A stretch of DNA of 64,000 nt from Eledone cirrhosa (Eukaryota): contig OZ024743.1 in assembly GCA_964016885.1 (NCBI GenBank), forward strand, positions 269,142,001-269,206,000, read 5' to 3'. The notes under the pieces are model-generated. The model had not been told where the DNA came from and made no database searches. It saw nothing but the letters and a program-made list of their open reading frames with translations. The first letter of the stretch is position 1; each line of letters begins with the position of its first letter. The position numbers were made by a program, and so were the translations under genes. Below, in pieces: positions 29,195 to 42,254 of the stretch.

Positions 29195-29389
29195 CAGTGG
29201 TGTGTGTGCGTGCGTTCGTACACAGACTGCAGAGTCTGTGACTCAGTTTGTTTTCCTTTCCGCCTGTATTATTTTGACGTTTCAGTCCTTTATTTTAATT
29301 TTCTTAATCTTCTCATGCAAATGACACATCAGGCAGTTCTTAAGTGCCTTTCTATGTGTATGTAGATGTAAATGTATGGAGAAAAAAAC

Positions 29390-29449
<60 letters not shown>

Positions 29450-29536
29450 ATGGATGTATATATATATATATATATATATGGATGTATTTTTATATGTGTG
29501 TCTATATATATATATATATATATAATAAATACAAAC

Positions 29537-29567
<31 letters not shown>

Positions 29568-29622
29568 TATATGGATGTATATATATATATCGAAGTATAT
29601 ATATATATATATAATAAATATA

Positions 29623-29695
<73 letters not shown>

Positions 29696-29750
29696 ATATA
29701 TATATAAATATATATATATATGTATGTTTTTTTATATATATGTGTGTGTG

Positions 29751-29785
<35 letters not shown>

Positions 29786-29788
29786 AGA

Positions 29789-29844
<56 letters not shown>

Positions 29845-30058
29845 GAGAGAATGAGAGATACACATACAGGTCGGATGGACAAAAAATTCACTGCACGTTA
29901 CTTAAAAATGAGTGCACGCAACCCACGACCTATGCATTATTGCATATATACATTCAATTACACACAATGTATGGGATATACATTAGTATAGACTCATGTA
30001 TATGCATGTCTGTGTATGTGTATGCATATATATATGCATATACACTTACACTCACACA

Positions 30059-30096
<38 letters not shown>

Positions 30097-30372
30097 CAAT
30101 CGTAGAGCTAATAACAGTATGTATCATTGATTCTGCGTTTGTTTGGTTGTTTGTCATTTTGAACTATATATATATATTGTTATATTTGGGGAGGGTCATA
30201 TTGTTATAATATTGCCAGAAATAATAATAAAACACACCCACTGTTTGGTTCGGATTGGTTTTCGCTTCTGTATATTTTATATCTCTCTAGTTAATTTATC
30301 TGGCAATTAATGTTTATCATTGATTGATCAATGGTTAAAAATATAGATATAAATACATATGTATATATAGTC

Positions 30373-30416
30373 TATCAAAGTTCTTTCATCACACACCTGT
30401 CACATCATCAGTGGTA
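30373..30416 (-). ncRNA. Degenerate hammerhead motif
   Basis: Minus strand: tacca-CTGATGA-t-gtgaca ggtg tgtgat-GAA-AGaaCT-T|tgata. One mismatch each in stems I and II. Confidence 0.45.
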
Positions 30417-30722
30417 CTATTATGTTTCCTCCCGTTGTATTGTAATATCTACGTCATTTATGGCGGGATTTGAACTCAGAACCTATTAAGCCGTAGTGTA
30501 AATGATATCACATTGTATATACTTGGTAAATAGTGTGTTATAATATTGTATGTACATGAGAAACAGTGTCAACATAGTATAGACGTTGTAAATAGTGTGT
30601 GTATTCGTTATGTATAGTGAGGGGAAGAGAACGTGGGGCATATAGATAGATTGGTAGATAGAGAGAGACTCTGAGAATGGGTGGACTATATATAGATAGA
30701 GGGATGCAGGTAGTTGCTTAAA

Positions 30723-30834
30723 CTTTAATCTGTTATTTTAATAAATATTTGCACTACGGTTCTTATATATTTGATATATATTTATCCTTATCGAGCCCTC
30801 TTTGGATTTAAGTCTTCAAATTTTTATTATTACT
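30723..30834 (+). repeat. Dispersed repeat with AATAAA, ending in a TA-rich tract
   Basis: Homologous to 1-60 and to the rearranged copy at 8116-8187. Confidence 0.75.
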
Positions 30835-31056
30835 ATATATCTATCTATCTACCTATCTATCTCTCTCTCTCTATATATATATATATATAATTATATTGGT
30901 AAACTCTAAATATAACCTTACATATATATATATATATATATCTGTATACATTGAAGAACGATGAGTTGCACATTGTCGAGTGCTTTTTTTTATATTACGT
31001 GATGGTTAACATTGCAGAATGACCAATTCTACCCATTGTTAAACCACCAAATTTAA

Positions 31057-31125
<69 letters not shown>

Positions 31126-31208
31126 GGAGGTGAGTTTTATTGTAGTACAATAAAGCAATGCAGATATCGGATAAGAAGCACTCTGCAGTTTGTAGGACTG
31201 GAGTATAC

Positions 31209-31437
31209 ATAATATAAGATCAAAAGATGGTTAAAGGAGTTCCATGTATTTTATTATGCGCATTTCAAAAAATGTTGATTTAAAACTGCACTATCCACAA
31301 GTGTTTAGCCTTCATATCATGTTCTCCTGTTTTATCTGATGAAAACACAAATATTATTGCTTGATGATGTTTGTTTTTTGAAATGCGCATAATAAAATAC
31401 ATGGAACTCCTTTAACCATCTTTTGATCTTATATTAT
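31209..31437. repeat. Perfect ~64-bp inverted repeat (31209-31272 / 31374-31437) with ~100-bp spacer
   Basis: ATAATATAAGATCAAAAGATGG...GCGCATTTCAAAAAA versus TTTTTTGAAATGCGC...CCATCTTTTGATCTTATATTAT. Confidence 0.95.
31330..31397 (+). ncRNA. Minimal type I hammerhead ribozyme
   Basis: TTTTAT-CTGATGA(31336-42)-AAA..CAAATATT..GATGTTTG..TTT-GAA-ATGCGCAT(palindrome)-A|ATAAAA. Predicted cleavage after 31391. Confidence 0.8.
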
Positions 31438-31449
31438 ATATATATATCT

Positions 31450-31522
<73 letters not shown>

Positions 31523-32117
31523 TATCACAGATAGATAGATAGACAGTGATAGTTACTGATAGATATAGATAGATAAAAAGGGATGGGCAAAGTGTTTCAA
31601 GTGGTGTGTACCCAGTAACCCTTCATTCTATCATTTGATAAACTCGTTGATGGTGAAGACAATGGTGAAGTAAGGGTGGGTGATGACTGGTGGTGCTGGT
31701 AGCAGTGGCAGTTCTTAGGGTGATTGTGATGGTGGTAATAATGGTTATTATTGTGGTGGTGGTGGTGGTGGTGATAGAGCCCGTAAGTAATGACGGTAGT
31801 GGTGGTGGGGATATCAGTGCTGGTAGTGGTTGCATTGACGCTAATGGTAGTACTGATAATGATGATGATGATAGTGGTTGTGGTGGTGGTAAGTATTCAG
31901 TGATAGACAATAGAGAACAATAACTAGTGTGTCCTACCTACCACCCCGTCTCCGCCTTCCCACACTTTCCCTCACCCTACACCCCACCTACTGTGCCACC
32001 CTTCCCTATCTCTCTCCCCTTCCCATACTTTCACTCTCTCTACACCTCTGCCATAATTGTAATTGTCCTGACTGACCCATGCTGAAAATTCGCCTGGTTT
32101 GTGGCCAATGTGTGTAT

Positions 32118-32149
<32 letters not shown>

Positions 32150-32191
32150 TTGTGATCTATGCTTGTCTATCTATTTATCTAATCTATCTGT

Positions 32192-32265
<74 letters not shown>

Positions 32266-32271
32266 CTTACA

Positions 32272-32305
32272 GCTGCATTAGTGCGGCAGAAACTCGAGTC
32301 CGAGA
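32272..32305 (+). ncRNA. Hammerhead 3' portion (stem II, GAAA, palindromic stem III); CUGANGA lost
   Basis: GCTGCA ttag TGCGGC a-GAA-ACTCGAGT-C|. Preceded almost directly by (TA)n. Confidence 0.55.
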
Positions 32306-32451
32306 ACCTTATAGGCACCCGTTTTACGTGTGTTGTGTTGAGGCAAATAACTATGTGTATACTCTGGTAATGTATCTTACATTGCCCATTGAGTGCGCTG
32401 AGATACAACCGGTACTGGCATTGATAAATATGCTGGGTCCGTCAACCCTTA

Positions 32452-32535
<84 letters not shown>

Positions 32536-32592
32536 TGTTTTACTCTTTTACCTGTTTCAGCCATGCGGCTGAGGCCATGCTGGGGCACTCAT

Positions 32593-32636
<44 letters not shown>

Positions 32637-32992
32637 GTGTGTGTGTGTATCGTCATTCCACCACTGGCATCATGATGCTTTGGTAGTAGTAATATTAGTA
32701 ATAATATTAGTAATAATGATAATATTAGTAATAATGATAAAAGTAGTAGTAATTGCTGGTGGTGATGGCGGTGGTAATTTAGAATTGTGTAGCTAGAGAA
32801 ACCCATAACGGCCGAATGATTTCCAGTCGTGACTGTCACCATCCAGGGAAGATGGCTTTACAGGGGATGGTAGGGTTGTTTGTTATTCATCAGTTATTTG
32901 GCTGCTATTTCTAGCAGGTTTAGTGAGCACTACTCTCAATGGTAGTGGACAAATTGGTAGAGTCGTTAGAACGTCGGATAGAATGTGCTTCA

Positions 32993-33098
32993 AAGTCGAT
33001 TAAATCAACCCCATTATTTGACTGGTACTCTATTTTATCGACCCCGAAAGGGTGAAAAGTAAAGTTGACTCCGTGAGATTAGAACTATGAACATAAAG
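32993..33098 (-). mobile_element. SINE fragment (central-domain family)
   Basis: ACTGGTACTCTATTTTATCGACCCCGAAAGGGTGAAAAGTAAAGTTGAC. Confidence 0.75.
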
Positions 33099-33126
33099 AA
33101 CCATAACTATCTATCTTCCACTCTAT

Positions 33127-33412
33127 CTAAAGTCTTTCTTAAGCCAGAGGGCTCATTTGGCCGGTGCTTATCCCGGTCTCATGGCCTGAAGCGACTGAGA
33201 GTACAAGACCCCCCCCCCCCCCCTGGACAGGACAGGACACCAGTCCATCGCAAGGTTAAATGCCCAGTCATTGCTGGTACTCATTTTCAGCTGAGTATAC
33301 TGGAGCAACGTGAAATGAAGTGTTTTGCTCAAGAACACAACACGCAACCGAGGAATCAACTCACGACGTTATGATCGTAAGTCCAACACTCTTATCACTA
33401 GGCCACGTGCCT
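33127..33412 (-). mobile_element. tRNA-derived SINE, near full length
   Basis: Minus-strand head AGGCACGTGGCCTAGTG; body TTCTTGAGCAAAACACTTCATTTCACGTTGCTCCAG...CTCAGCTGAAAATGAGTACC. Confidence 0.8.
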
Positions 33413-34045
33413 CCCTTCCGCTCTATACCAACGTAATAATGAGTTAGTTATATTACTAAATCCCTCCAAAAACCATAGGCAGTGCCTTTCATTAGAATTA
33501 TGGCATTAAAAAAGTTGATATTAACAACTTACCTAAAGAATGGTCGCAGTGGAGAGCTACGTACATACTACGAAAATATAATCGCAGATTTTTGGCTGTC
33601 GTCATAATGACATCGTCTTTATCCTTTGTCACTCCCTACTTTATTTAAGGTTATAACCCTTACATTATGTCGAAGTTATAAGCCTTACATTATACTGAAG
33701 TTTATTTATTTACATTTATTTTGGAGTTATAACCTCTAGATATATTTTTAGAGGATAGTTTAATTTGTTAAACCAGCATGTTCTTTTGAGCCCCATGTGT
33801 ACTCTCGTCGGGTCTCTAACTTGGTTGAGCAGCATATTTTTTGTGAAGTTGTAAACCCATGTATGTCTTAAAGCAGGAGGGTCTACAGATTCAAAGTATT
33901 TAGAAGAAAGATGAATTTTGAGACGACCCCATGTACTTTCTCCTGGTTGTATAAGCTCCAAATGATTAATTAAGGAGATTCCCCGTCCTCTAGGGCTTAC
34001 AACACAAACATTACAATCCCGAAGTTATTTAATACTATTGCTGAT

Positions 34046-34130
<85 letters not shown>

Positions 34131-34253
34131 ACACACACACACACAGAACCAAACTGTGGAAAGGTGTGTGTGTGCGAACGTCTAGGTTGATGTCTAAGTA
34201 ATTTACTCTAGTCAGATTATTATATGAAATAAGATTTCAACACAAATGCATGC

Positions 34254-34330
34254 TACCTGATGTTTCAAACTTCAACAAGCATGGGCCATAGACAGTCTAT
34301 ATCTGCTAGTTTAGTTATCTTCAGATAAAA
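34254..34330 (-). ncRNA. Degenerate hammerhead motif with long stem II
   Basis: Minus strand: CTGAAGA-taact..aactagca..atagac/gtctat..tgcttgtt..agttt-GAA-AC atcag GT-A. Stem I does not pair. Confidence 0.4.
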
Positions 34331-34391
34331 CAAATTATATATAATCACACACATATATATAAAGCTGTTAGTATGACCTCTCTCTCTCTCC

Positions 34392-34424
<33 letters not shown>

Positions 34425-34756
34425 CAAATGGAAGTACAGCATAATCGAAGCACTGGCTGCAGCTAAGCTAACGAATGCAATCGGAATGTGCAGCTAAGCA
34501 CTCAATAAGGTATTTTACCTTAGAGTAATAACATTACGTTTAGACAGCTTTGCAAATTGAAGATTGCGACCGGTAAGCCAGCCGCAGGGACCAAAACAAC
34601 GAGAAAATCGACTCAGGATAATTTGACACACACACACATACACACACATACACACACACACATATATATATATACATAATAGCTAGATTCCGTAAGGGGT
34701 CGGGAGGTGACCACTGTTAAAGAAGGTACTCAAACAGTTCCCGTCCTGTAGAAGTG

Positions 34757-34796
<40 letters not shown>

Positions 34797-34898
34797 AATA
34801 TGGGGAGAAGAATACTGGTTGAACATGGATTTACATGTTATAAAATGAGTCCCTCATCAGTGATTTGCCAACGATCATTGGTATTTCATCGCATTATA

Positions 34899-34929
<31 letters not shown>

Positions 34930-35171
34930 CTGTGTGTGTATGTGTATCTCTATCTACCTATATATGTGTGTGTGTGTTACTGTCTTTCTGATTCACCAGT
35001 CCCCTCCCCCAAACTATTTAATATACTATTTTCTATCGTTAGAACACTCACAAAACAGCCTATATTTATATTTTGTGTGCGTGTCTGTTATAACATTTGT
35101 GTTTGTATTCGTTATAACAGTTGTAGTGGTAGTAGCAGTAGTAATAGTACAGTCGATGACCGTCCTGTTAG

Positions 35172-35244
<73 letters not shown>

Positions 35245-36433
35245 ATTTGTGTGCATGTTGCTCACTAGTTTAGCTGACACAACTTTACCTAATGTTTCTC
35301 TCTCTCTCGCTTTCTCTCTGTCTATCTGTCCGGTTCTCTCTCTCTAAATAACACCACCGCCACTATTATCACCGCTATTCACCACCATACACCAGCCCCA
35401 CTATCTACTGTACATCCCCTACTACATTTACCACCTCCACCGCCACCTATACCATTCACCACCAACGTTGTAAACCATCACCACCACCACCACTACCATA
35501 CGCCAGTCCCACCACCACTGTACATCACCTACAAATACCACCTCCACCAACGCTATAAACCACCACCACCACCATACACTACCTCCACTACCACCGCTCT
35601 ACATCACCTCCATACACCACCCCCAATGCTTATACCCCACCTCCAATGCCATACACCACCACCACTATACACCGCCTCCACCACCACTGTACATCACCAC
35701 CACACACCACCTCCATACACCCCCCAAAGCCATACACCACCACCATCACTAACTACAATGAAGGTCAAAGTTGAAAAAGCTGCCTAGACATGAAATTTTG
35801 GCAGTGACAGTTCATGATTTCCTGGTTGTATTGTTTTGTATATTTGTAGTGTGTTTTGTGATTACCTTTCTTTCTGTTTTTTTAGTAATTTTTTTTTTTT
35901 TTTTTAATTATTAAAAAAAATATTTTTGTTGGAAAAAAAATTGTTATTCTTTTATTCTTTTACTGTGACTTTTTGTCATTTGACTGCTGCCATTCTGGAG
36001 CACTACTTTGATAGGATTTTTTTTCTTTTTTAGTCGATCTTATTGAACCCTATACGGATTATTACTATATATTTTTTTCAAGTCTAGTACTTATTTCATC
36101 GATCTCCTGGATGAAATGAGGTACGACCAAAACAAATGAGTGACACGCGTTCAGTCAACATAAAGCAACACACGCCTGCTTTAATTTCAAAATCTGCTCT
36201 CTTCTCTATCGTCTGCAGCACATTTTGTCATACATTCTTTATATATCTCTTCCGTGTGTATATATGTCCAATCTACTTCATACTTAACCCGTGGACAATA
36301 ACGACCTCCATACCGTTTGAGGGCATTGCGTTTATATTTTAACGCACTCTAAGGGAAGTAACTTTGAGTAAGCCGTGGTTGTAATGGACGGCATCAAGAC
36401 TACACCCCAGAAACTTTAATTCGAATTTCCTCA

Positions 36434-36870
36434 ATGAACAAAATTTGTCCAAATTGTGGTGATAAAAAATGGAATGGTGAGTCAACTGGATTGTGCTGTT
36501 TAAATGGAAAGATTAAGTTAAACATATTACCTGAACCACCATTGGTACAACTACTGAATCAAGAGACTTTCTTCAAAGTATCTAGAGGTATAATAATGCA
36601 TTCCAAATGACATCATTTGGTGCAAATGTCATCCATGAAGGTGGCTTTATGCACACTTTCAAGACCCAAGGGCAAGTGTAACATAGAATTGGACCACTTC
36701 AGCCACTTTCAGAAGAAGAACCAAAATATTTACAACTGTATCTCATCAGTGATATGAAAACCTCGGCACAGAGAAGATATGAAAGGAATAAAGAAACAAA
36801 GTATGAAATCATATTGCGACTACAAGATATGATGTTACATACAAGAAGCAGTTATATTAGAGGTTTCTAA
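36434..36870 (+). pseudogene. Helitron RepHel N-terminal region, pseudogenised
   Basis: Manual translation: MNKICPNCGDKKWNGESTGLCCLNGKIKL...PEPP / frameshift / GTTTESRDFLQSI*RYNNAFQMTSFG...GGFMHTFKTQGQV*HRIGPLQP...PKYLQLY. These match the typical Helitron CxxC..CC..GK and YN..FQMTSFG..F.PTFK.QGQVYH motifs. Confidence 0.9.
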
Positions 36871-36967
36871 GATACCATAGAAAAAGTTTTACCTCGGCTA
36901 GAATATATATATATATATATATACGCACGCTGCTACTGTATATATATATATATATATACGTCTGGTA

Positions 36968-37025
<58 letters not shown>

Positions 37026-37109
37026 TGAATATGAATTAGCTTATGCACACACATGCAGACCTACATTCATTAATCTGGATCTGATTAAGACGAAAACAGA
37101 ATGTTCTTG

Positions 37110-37166
<57 letters not shown>

Positions 37167-37722
37167 CTCTTATCTCCTCCACCCTCTGTTTCATGTCAGT
37201 TTTCTATTTAATCCTCACCATCACCACCAACCACACCGCTTTATATCAGTGTATCTTACATGCTTGTCCGTTTCATTTCCTAATCAACGAACTTTTAATT
37301 AATTTTTCCAGCTAGGTCCTTCTCCTCCTCTTTATTTTCCCCGTTACTCTCTCCTCTCCTCTCCCCTCCGTCTCCCTTCTCCTCTCCCTCTCTCTGTCAC
37401 GTATACGTTTCATTGGAGATTAATGGTGTCTAGTCTATATGTATGGCTGGAGCATTTATTCGAGCTGCTAGAAACAGCAGTCTAATCTCACAAAAACGGA
37501 AGGATATGAACCTCGAACGATTACATTAAAACGGTGACATTGTTATGATTGAAATGCGCGCGACAACATGCCCACACGCGTGCGCACATAGATACACACG
37601 TGCGAGTGTGTATGTATATATATATATATATACGGCGAAGGATTCAAGAACACCCGCTTTGTCCGTTGTCTTGTCGATTCGATTTTGGATTGTCTCGGGA
37701 ACGTAACTTTATTATGTAAGAA

Positions 37723-37797
37723 GCTGTCTGATGATGTCACGGCACTGGGTACACGGAATCGTGTGGCCACTGTCGTCATTGAAATATGTATCACAGC
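37723..37797 (+). ncRNA. Type I hammerhead ribozyme with long stem II
   Basis: GCTGT-CTGATGA(37728-34)-..ACGGCA..TGG..ACACG gaat CGTGT..CCA..TGTCGT..-GAA-ATATGTAT-C|ACAGC. AUC site after 37792; the base of stem II is imperfect. Confidence 0.8.
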
Positions 37798-37924
37798 ATT
37801 ATCATTAAAGGACTTTAACATCTTAAACTACTCCGCATTTTCTTATCCTAAATATATTCCGTCACTCCTATGTGGAAAAAGTACGTTGAGTGCTTGAATT
37901 GAATTGCATCAATATTTACCATAA

Positions 37925-37970
<46 letters not shown>

Positions 37971-38194
37971 TGTAATGAGTCAAGCAATTAAATTTCGTTT
38001 AGCCCCGCCGCAGTCCCCTCATTCAATGAATTTACAAAAATCATATGCTGTAAATACGAATCTGCAGATCAGAGTGGACACAGTACGTTATATAGTGGAT
38101 AAACGGATTAATGTGGGAACACAAAGAATGCCCCGAACTGTACAGTTTCATCGTCGTGTCCTATGTGGATAAGAATAGAATGGTTTCTAATTTA

Positions 38195-38870
38195 GATACG
38201 GCAATTTGTGTGGAGATGGAAGTTGATTATATCGACTTTAGTAGAGCTAAAAGTAATGTTGACCCCTGTGGAATTTGAATTCAGAATGTAAAGAATCATA
38301 ATGAAATTGTAGTAAAGTATTTAGCCCAACGTTCTACCGGTTCTGCGAATCTACCCGCCTACACCACCTAAGAATAGAATATTACTTCATAGCATAAAAA
38401 CAAGACCACATATCGAGGAAGGGGATGCGGTCGATTATAATTGACCAAGTGTTTCACTGATACTCTAGTTTATCAATCAGTGGATGCAGCATGGCCGAAT
38501 GATTAAGAAGTTCACTTCGCAATCGTTGGGTCTCGGGTTCAATACCACTGCATGAAATTTTGAGCATGTGTCATTTATAGTATCACCAAATTTACCCATA
38601 CTTTGTTAGTGAAATTGGGTAGATTGAATTTGTTTCCATCTAACTAGATTTGTGTTAACTGTACACGTCTGTGGAGTACTCAACTGTATAGATATTATTT
38701 CATGAATCGGCTGTTCTATTGATTGAAGAACAAGTGGCGCTCTCATCATTGAAACTGACGGGGTTACATTCCATCTTATCGATGTCCCTCCTCTTGGAGG
38801 GGATGAAAAACAAACTCGACCTCGGCAGAATTTGAACTCCGATGCAAAAGGACACAAGTAAATAGTTCTT
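38195..38870. mobile_element. Cluster of decayed SINEs in both orientations
   Basis: GGAATTTGAATTCAGAA (~38270, -); GCATGGCCGAATGATTAAG...GGTTCAATACC (~38490-38545, +); CTCGGCAGAATTTGAACTC (~38820, -). Confidence 0.65.
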
Positions 38871-40159
38871 GGTATTTCCTGGCACACTCTACAGATAAAA
38901 GGATTAGATCACATTTGGTCTAGTGTTTTACAATTTCTGCAACTGTCTTTAACTAATCTGTCATATTAAAATTGGAACTAACTTTTGCCGACCTCGTTGG
39001 GATTGTGAAGCTTAAAAGTCTTAAGTCAAAACTTAAGCAGGATTTGAACTCTGTATGTTGAAGTTCATCTGATCTGCTATGCTGTTGGCATCGTTGTTGA
39101 AACTCTTCCAGCACCATTCTACCACTCACCTTCGCCGTTACCGTAAACTCTGTTGCGTGCAGTAAGATTAACGAGTGACTGACAGTATTATTGGCTAGGA
39201 AACCCAGCAATAAATAACGGATTATCTGCTTAAGGGCCTGGGTGACCTCAAAGGTCATCTTCTGTCTGTTTCTCTATCTGTCTCTCACATGCCCACACAC
39301 ATGCTTTCTCTCGCTCTCGCAATCTCTCTTTGGATGGAAGACATTTTCTCCGTGGTTTCCAAACTCACATCCAGGTGGCCCGGATGGCCCTGGCTTGTGT
39401 GCATGTAGGAGGAAGATATATATATAGAGATAGAGAGATAGTGTGTGTGTGTGTGTGTTACAAGGCAAAACAAGTGATTTGTTCTCTGATGTAGCTGGGG
39501 ATAAGAGATAAGAGGGTAAGGACAAAACTTTGAGTAAAATTTACATATAGATTAAGTCATTCAGATAATACCATTCTCTCTCTCTCTCTCTCCCTCTCTC
39601 TATATCTATCTATCTATCTATCTCTCACGCCACGATAGCGATAACGAAGGCAGATTTATAGCGAGCCAACTTTGTGGTCGCTCGACCTGCTTAAAATAGC
39701 AGCCAAATGCACTTTGATGGATGGAATGCCATCAATGATGCATCTGATCTTATCTGCTCAATCAAGATTGACGTGGAAGGAAACAACAGCAACTAATGCA
39801 GTCATAGAACATGAAACTAAATACTTTACTGTGTCTAGTGTTATGTATTGACCCTGCTCGGTTCAAGCCCAACCAACGGTTTACTTTTTCTTCAAGACAT
39901 TGGGTCGCGGGGCATCTGGTATGAATTGAGTACCAGTAATATTCTGGGGATTTCATTCAATCTGCACTACCCTCAGCCAGACTTTTCTTTTTTTTTTTTT
40001 CCTTTTGGTAGGCGGTGAGGATATGTTTACATTATCCAGTATATTAGGTAGGGAATTGTCAGAATCTTTAGAGCCTCGAATAGAATACTTTGTAGAACTC
40101 ACACTCCTTCCGATTCTCTGCGCTCTGAAATCCTGTGAATTATGTATGAATACAGTTAT

Positions 40160-40575
40160 CCACCAGACAGGTTTCTACCCAGTTTCTCTCACATACCTCA
40201 GGTTAATCCAGGGCCATGGTAAATGACACTTGCCTAACATTTCAGGCAGTAAGGTTGAACTCGGGACCTTATGATTGTGAAGCCAACTTCTTAACCATTT
40301 GGTTCTGCTATCTACACATCTTTATTTATAGTAGTGTAAGTAATAACTTTATTTTGGGTGCCTTTCACTCTGTCAGTCCCAACGACGAGTGTTCGAACAA
40401 TGGAACATCCTGTTTGTTAAATTAAGGTGCAAGTGGCTAAGCATTCCACAGACACGTGTACCATTTTAATTATAGGTACAACCTATTTACTCCAGCTGAG
40501 TAGAGTGGAACAACATGAAATAAAGTGTCTTGCTTAAAAGGACGACACACCGTTGGAAATCGATCACTCTACCCA
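40160..40575 (-). mobile_element. Two decayed SINE copies
   Basis: GACACTTGCC...TTGAACTCGGGACC...CTTCTTAACCA, then CAGCTGAGTAGAGTGGAACAACATGAAATAAAGTGTCTTGCT. Confidence 0.6.
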
Positions 40576-41007
40576 ATAAGTTACACACCTTCATACCTGA
40601 TGTTTGTATATATATATATATATCATTCGTGCTTTTGTTGTTGTTTTTTTTATATATACCCTTTGGGTGGTTTACTGCTAGCATATGTAGTGTGCATATT
40701 GATATTATACGCAGTATAAACGTTATGATATAAAGATGCACATATTTGAACGTTTATATAAGCGATATAATATAGCGTACGTTATATTATAACCGGAAGT
40801 ATTGACATTTGAAAATTTTAAAAGAAGTGAATCTTAATATAAGCAATCATTAAATATAAGAATATTTATGTTTAATCAAGAGCTACGAAATTTAGTAGAT
40901 CAATTACATAATATTCATTCATTATTTATTCAAAGTAATCCGACTTATTTTACTAACGGGATAAAAATATATATATTCCGGACACAGTCCCGCACTCCTC
41001 TCTTTCT

Positions 41008-41186
41008 TGGCAGTATCGGTAGAGGGTCGGACGCCATGCTTTCCAGCATAGTTACGTCCCTTTACGATCTGAGTTCAAATCCCGCCGAGGTTGACTTTGC
41101 CTTTCATCCTTACGGGGTCGATAAAATAAAGTACCAGTAACGCACTGGGTAATTGCTGGCCTTGTGCCTAAAGTAGAAACAATTAT
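41008..41186 (+). mobile_element. tRNA-derived SINE (central-domain family)
   Basis: B box GAGTTCAAATCCC followed by GTTGACTTTGCCTTTCATCCTTACGGGGTCGATAAAATAAAGTACCAGT. Confidence 0.85.
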
Positions 41187-41728
41187 ATTATGATTTTTAA
41201 AACTTCTTTAAAACATTCGTAATATTTTTAGAATATTTTGGTTACATCCTTTTGTTTTGTTTTAAGCTCATATTTTACACGCAGAAACCTACTTTGTACC
41301 ATCCTGTGTTGTCCTTATGTATTTTTTTTTTTGTAAACCCTTTGTGGTCAATAAAGAAAACATTATTATTAGTATGATTACGTGTTTCATAAAAAGCCTT
41401 GGGATACCCAACTTCATAGGAAGTGCCCAAATTTCTACCATAACTAGCACTGCCAGAATCCTAGACGATATATTGAGCCTGTGAAATGGGGGACTGATCT
41501 GGGGCCCAATTAACGCGCTTCCACTAGCAACCGATTGTTAGAGAAAAAAAAATGTTGGGATTGTTATTCTTTCGGAACGAAACCACATTTGTATTTCCAT
41601 TTATGTACATCAATGTTTCCCGTCTCCCCCTCTCTCACTCCCTCGCTCTGTGCCTCTCTCTCTCCCTCTCACACCGCCTCTCTCTCCATCTCTCACCCCC
41701 TCTCTATGTGCATCTATCTATCTCTTTC

Positions 41729-41822
<94 letters not shown>

Positions 41823-42057
41823 GCACACACTTCTATATAATATATGCGTGTATGTATATAAAACTATATTGGAAGCGTAATTATACAGTTAATTGTATTC
41901 GCACACCTTTAATACTTATAAATATGTTTGTGTGTGTGTATTGATATATGTGGGTGTGTGTGTGTATTGATATATGTGGGTGTGTGTGTATTTGTCGATT
42001 ATGAATGCATACATTTGTGTGTGTGAATATGTTTCCTATTATTGAAATTTGATCAAA

Positions 42058-42100
42058 TTCTAATGAGCTGTTTTTTTTTTCTATTTCTTTCTAGGTAAGT
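42058..42100 (+). promoter_or_regulatory. Candidate recursive splice site (3' acceptor abutting 5' donor, zero-length exon)
   Basis: TTCTAAT branch-like motif, 22-nt pyrimidine tract with a single purine, then TAG|GTAAGT. Confidence 0.55.
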
Positions 42101-42184
42101 TTTCACCTTCAGACGGATTCCTACCTAATTAAACCTCATCACAGACCAAACCAAGCTACCTACATACATACACACACACACACG

Positions 42185-42254
<70 letters not shown>

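Noticed and set aside
39243-39257. TGACCT-caa-AGGTCA nuclear-receptor-type everted repeat
   Set aside because: A single short palindrome with no supporting context; could be chance.
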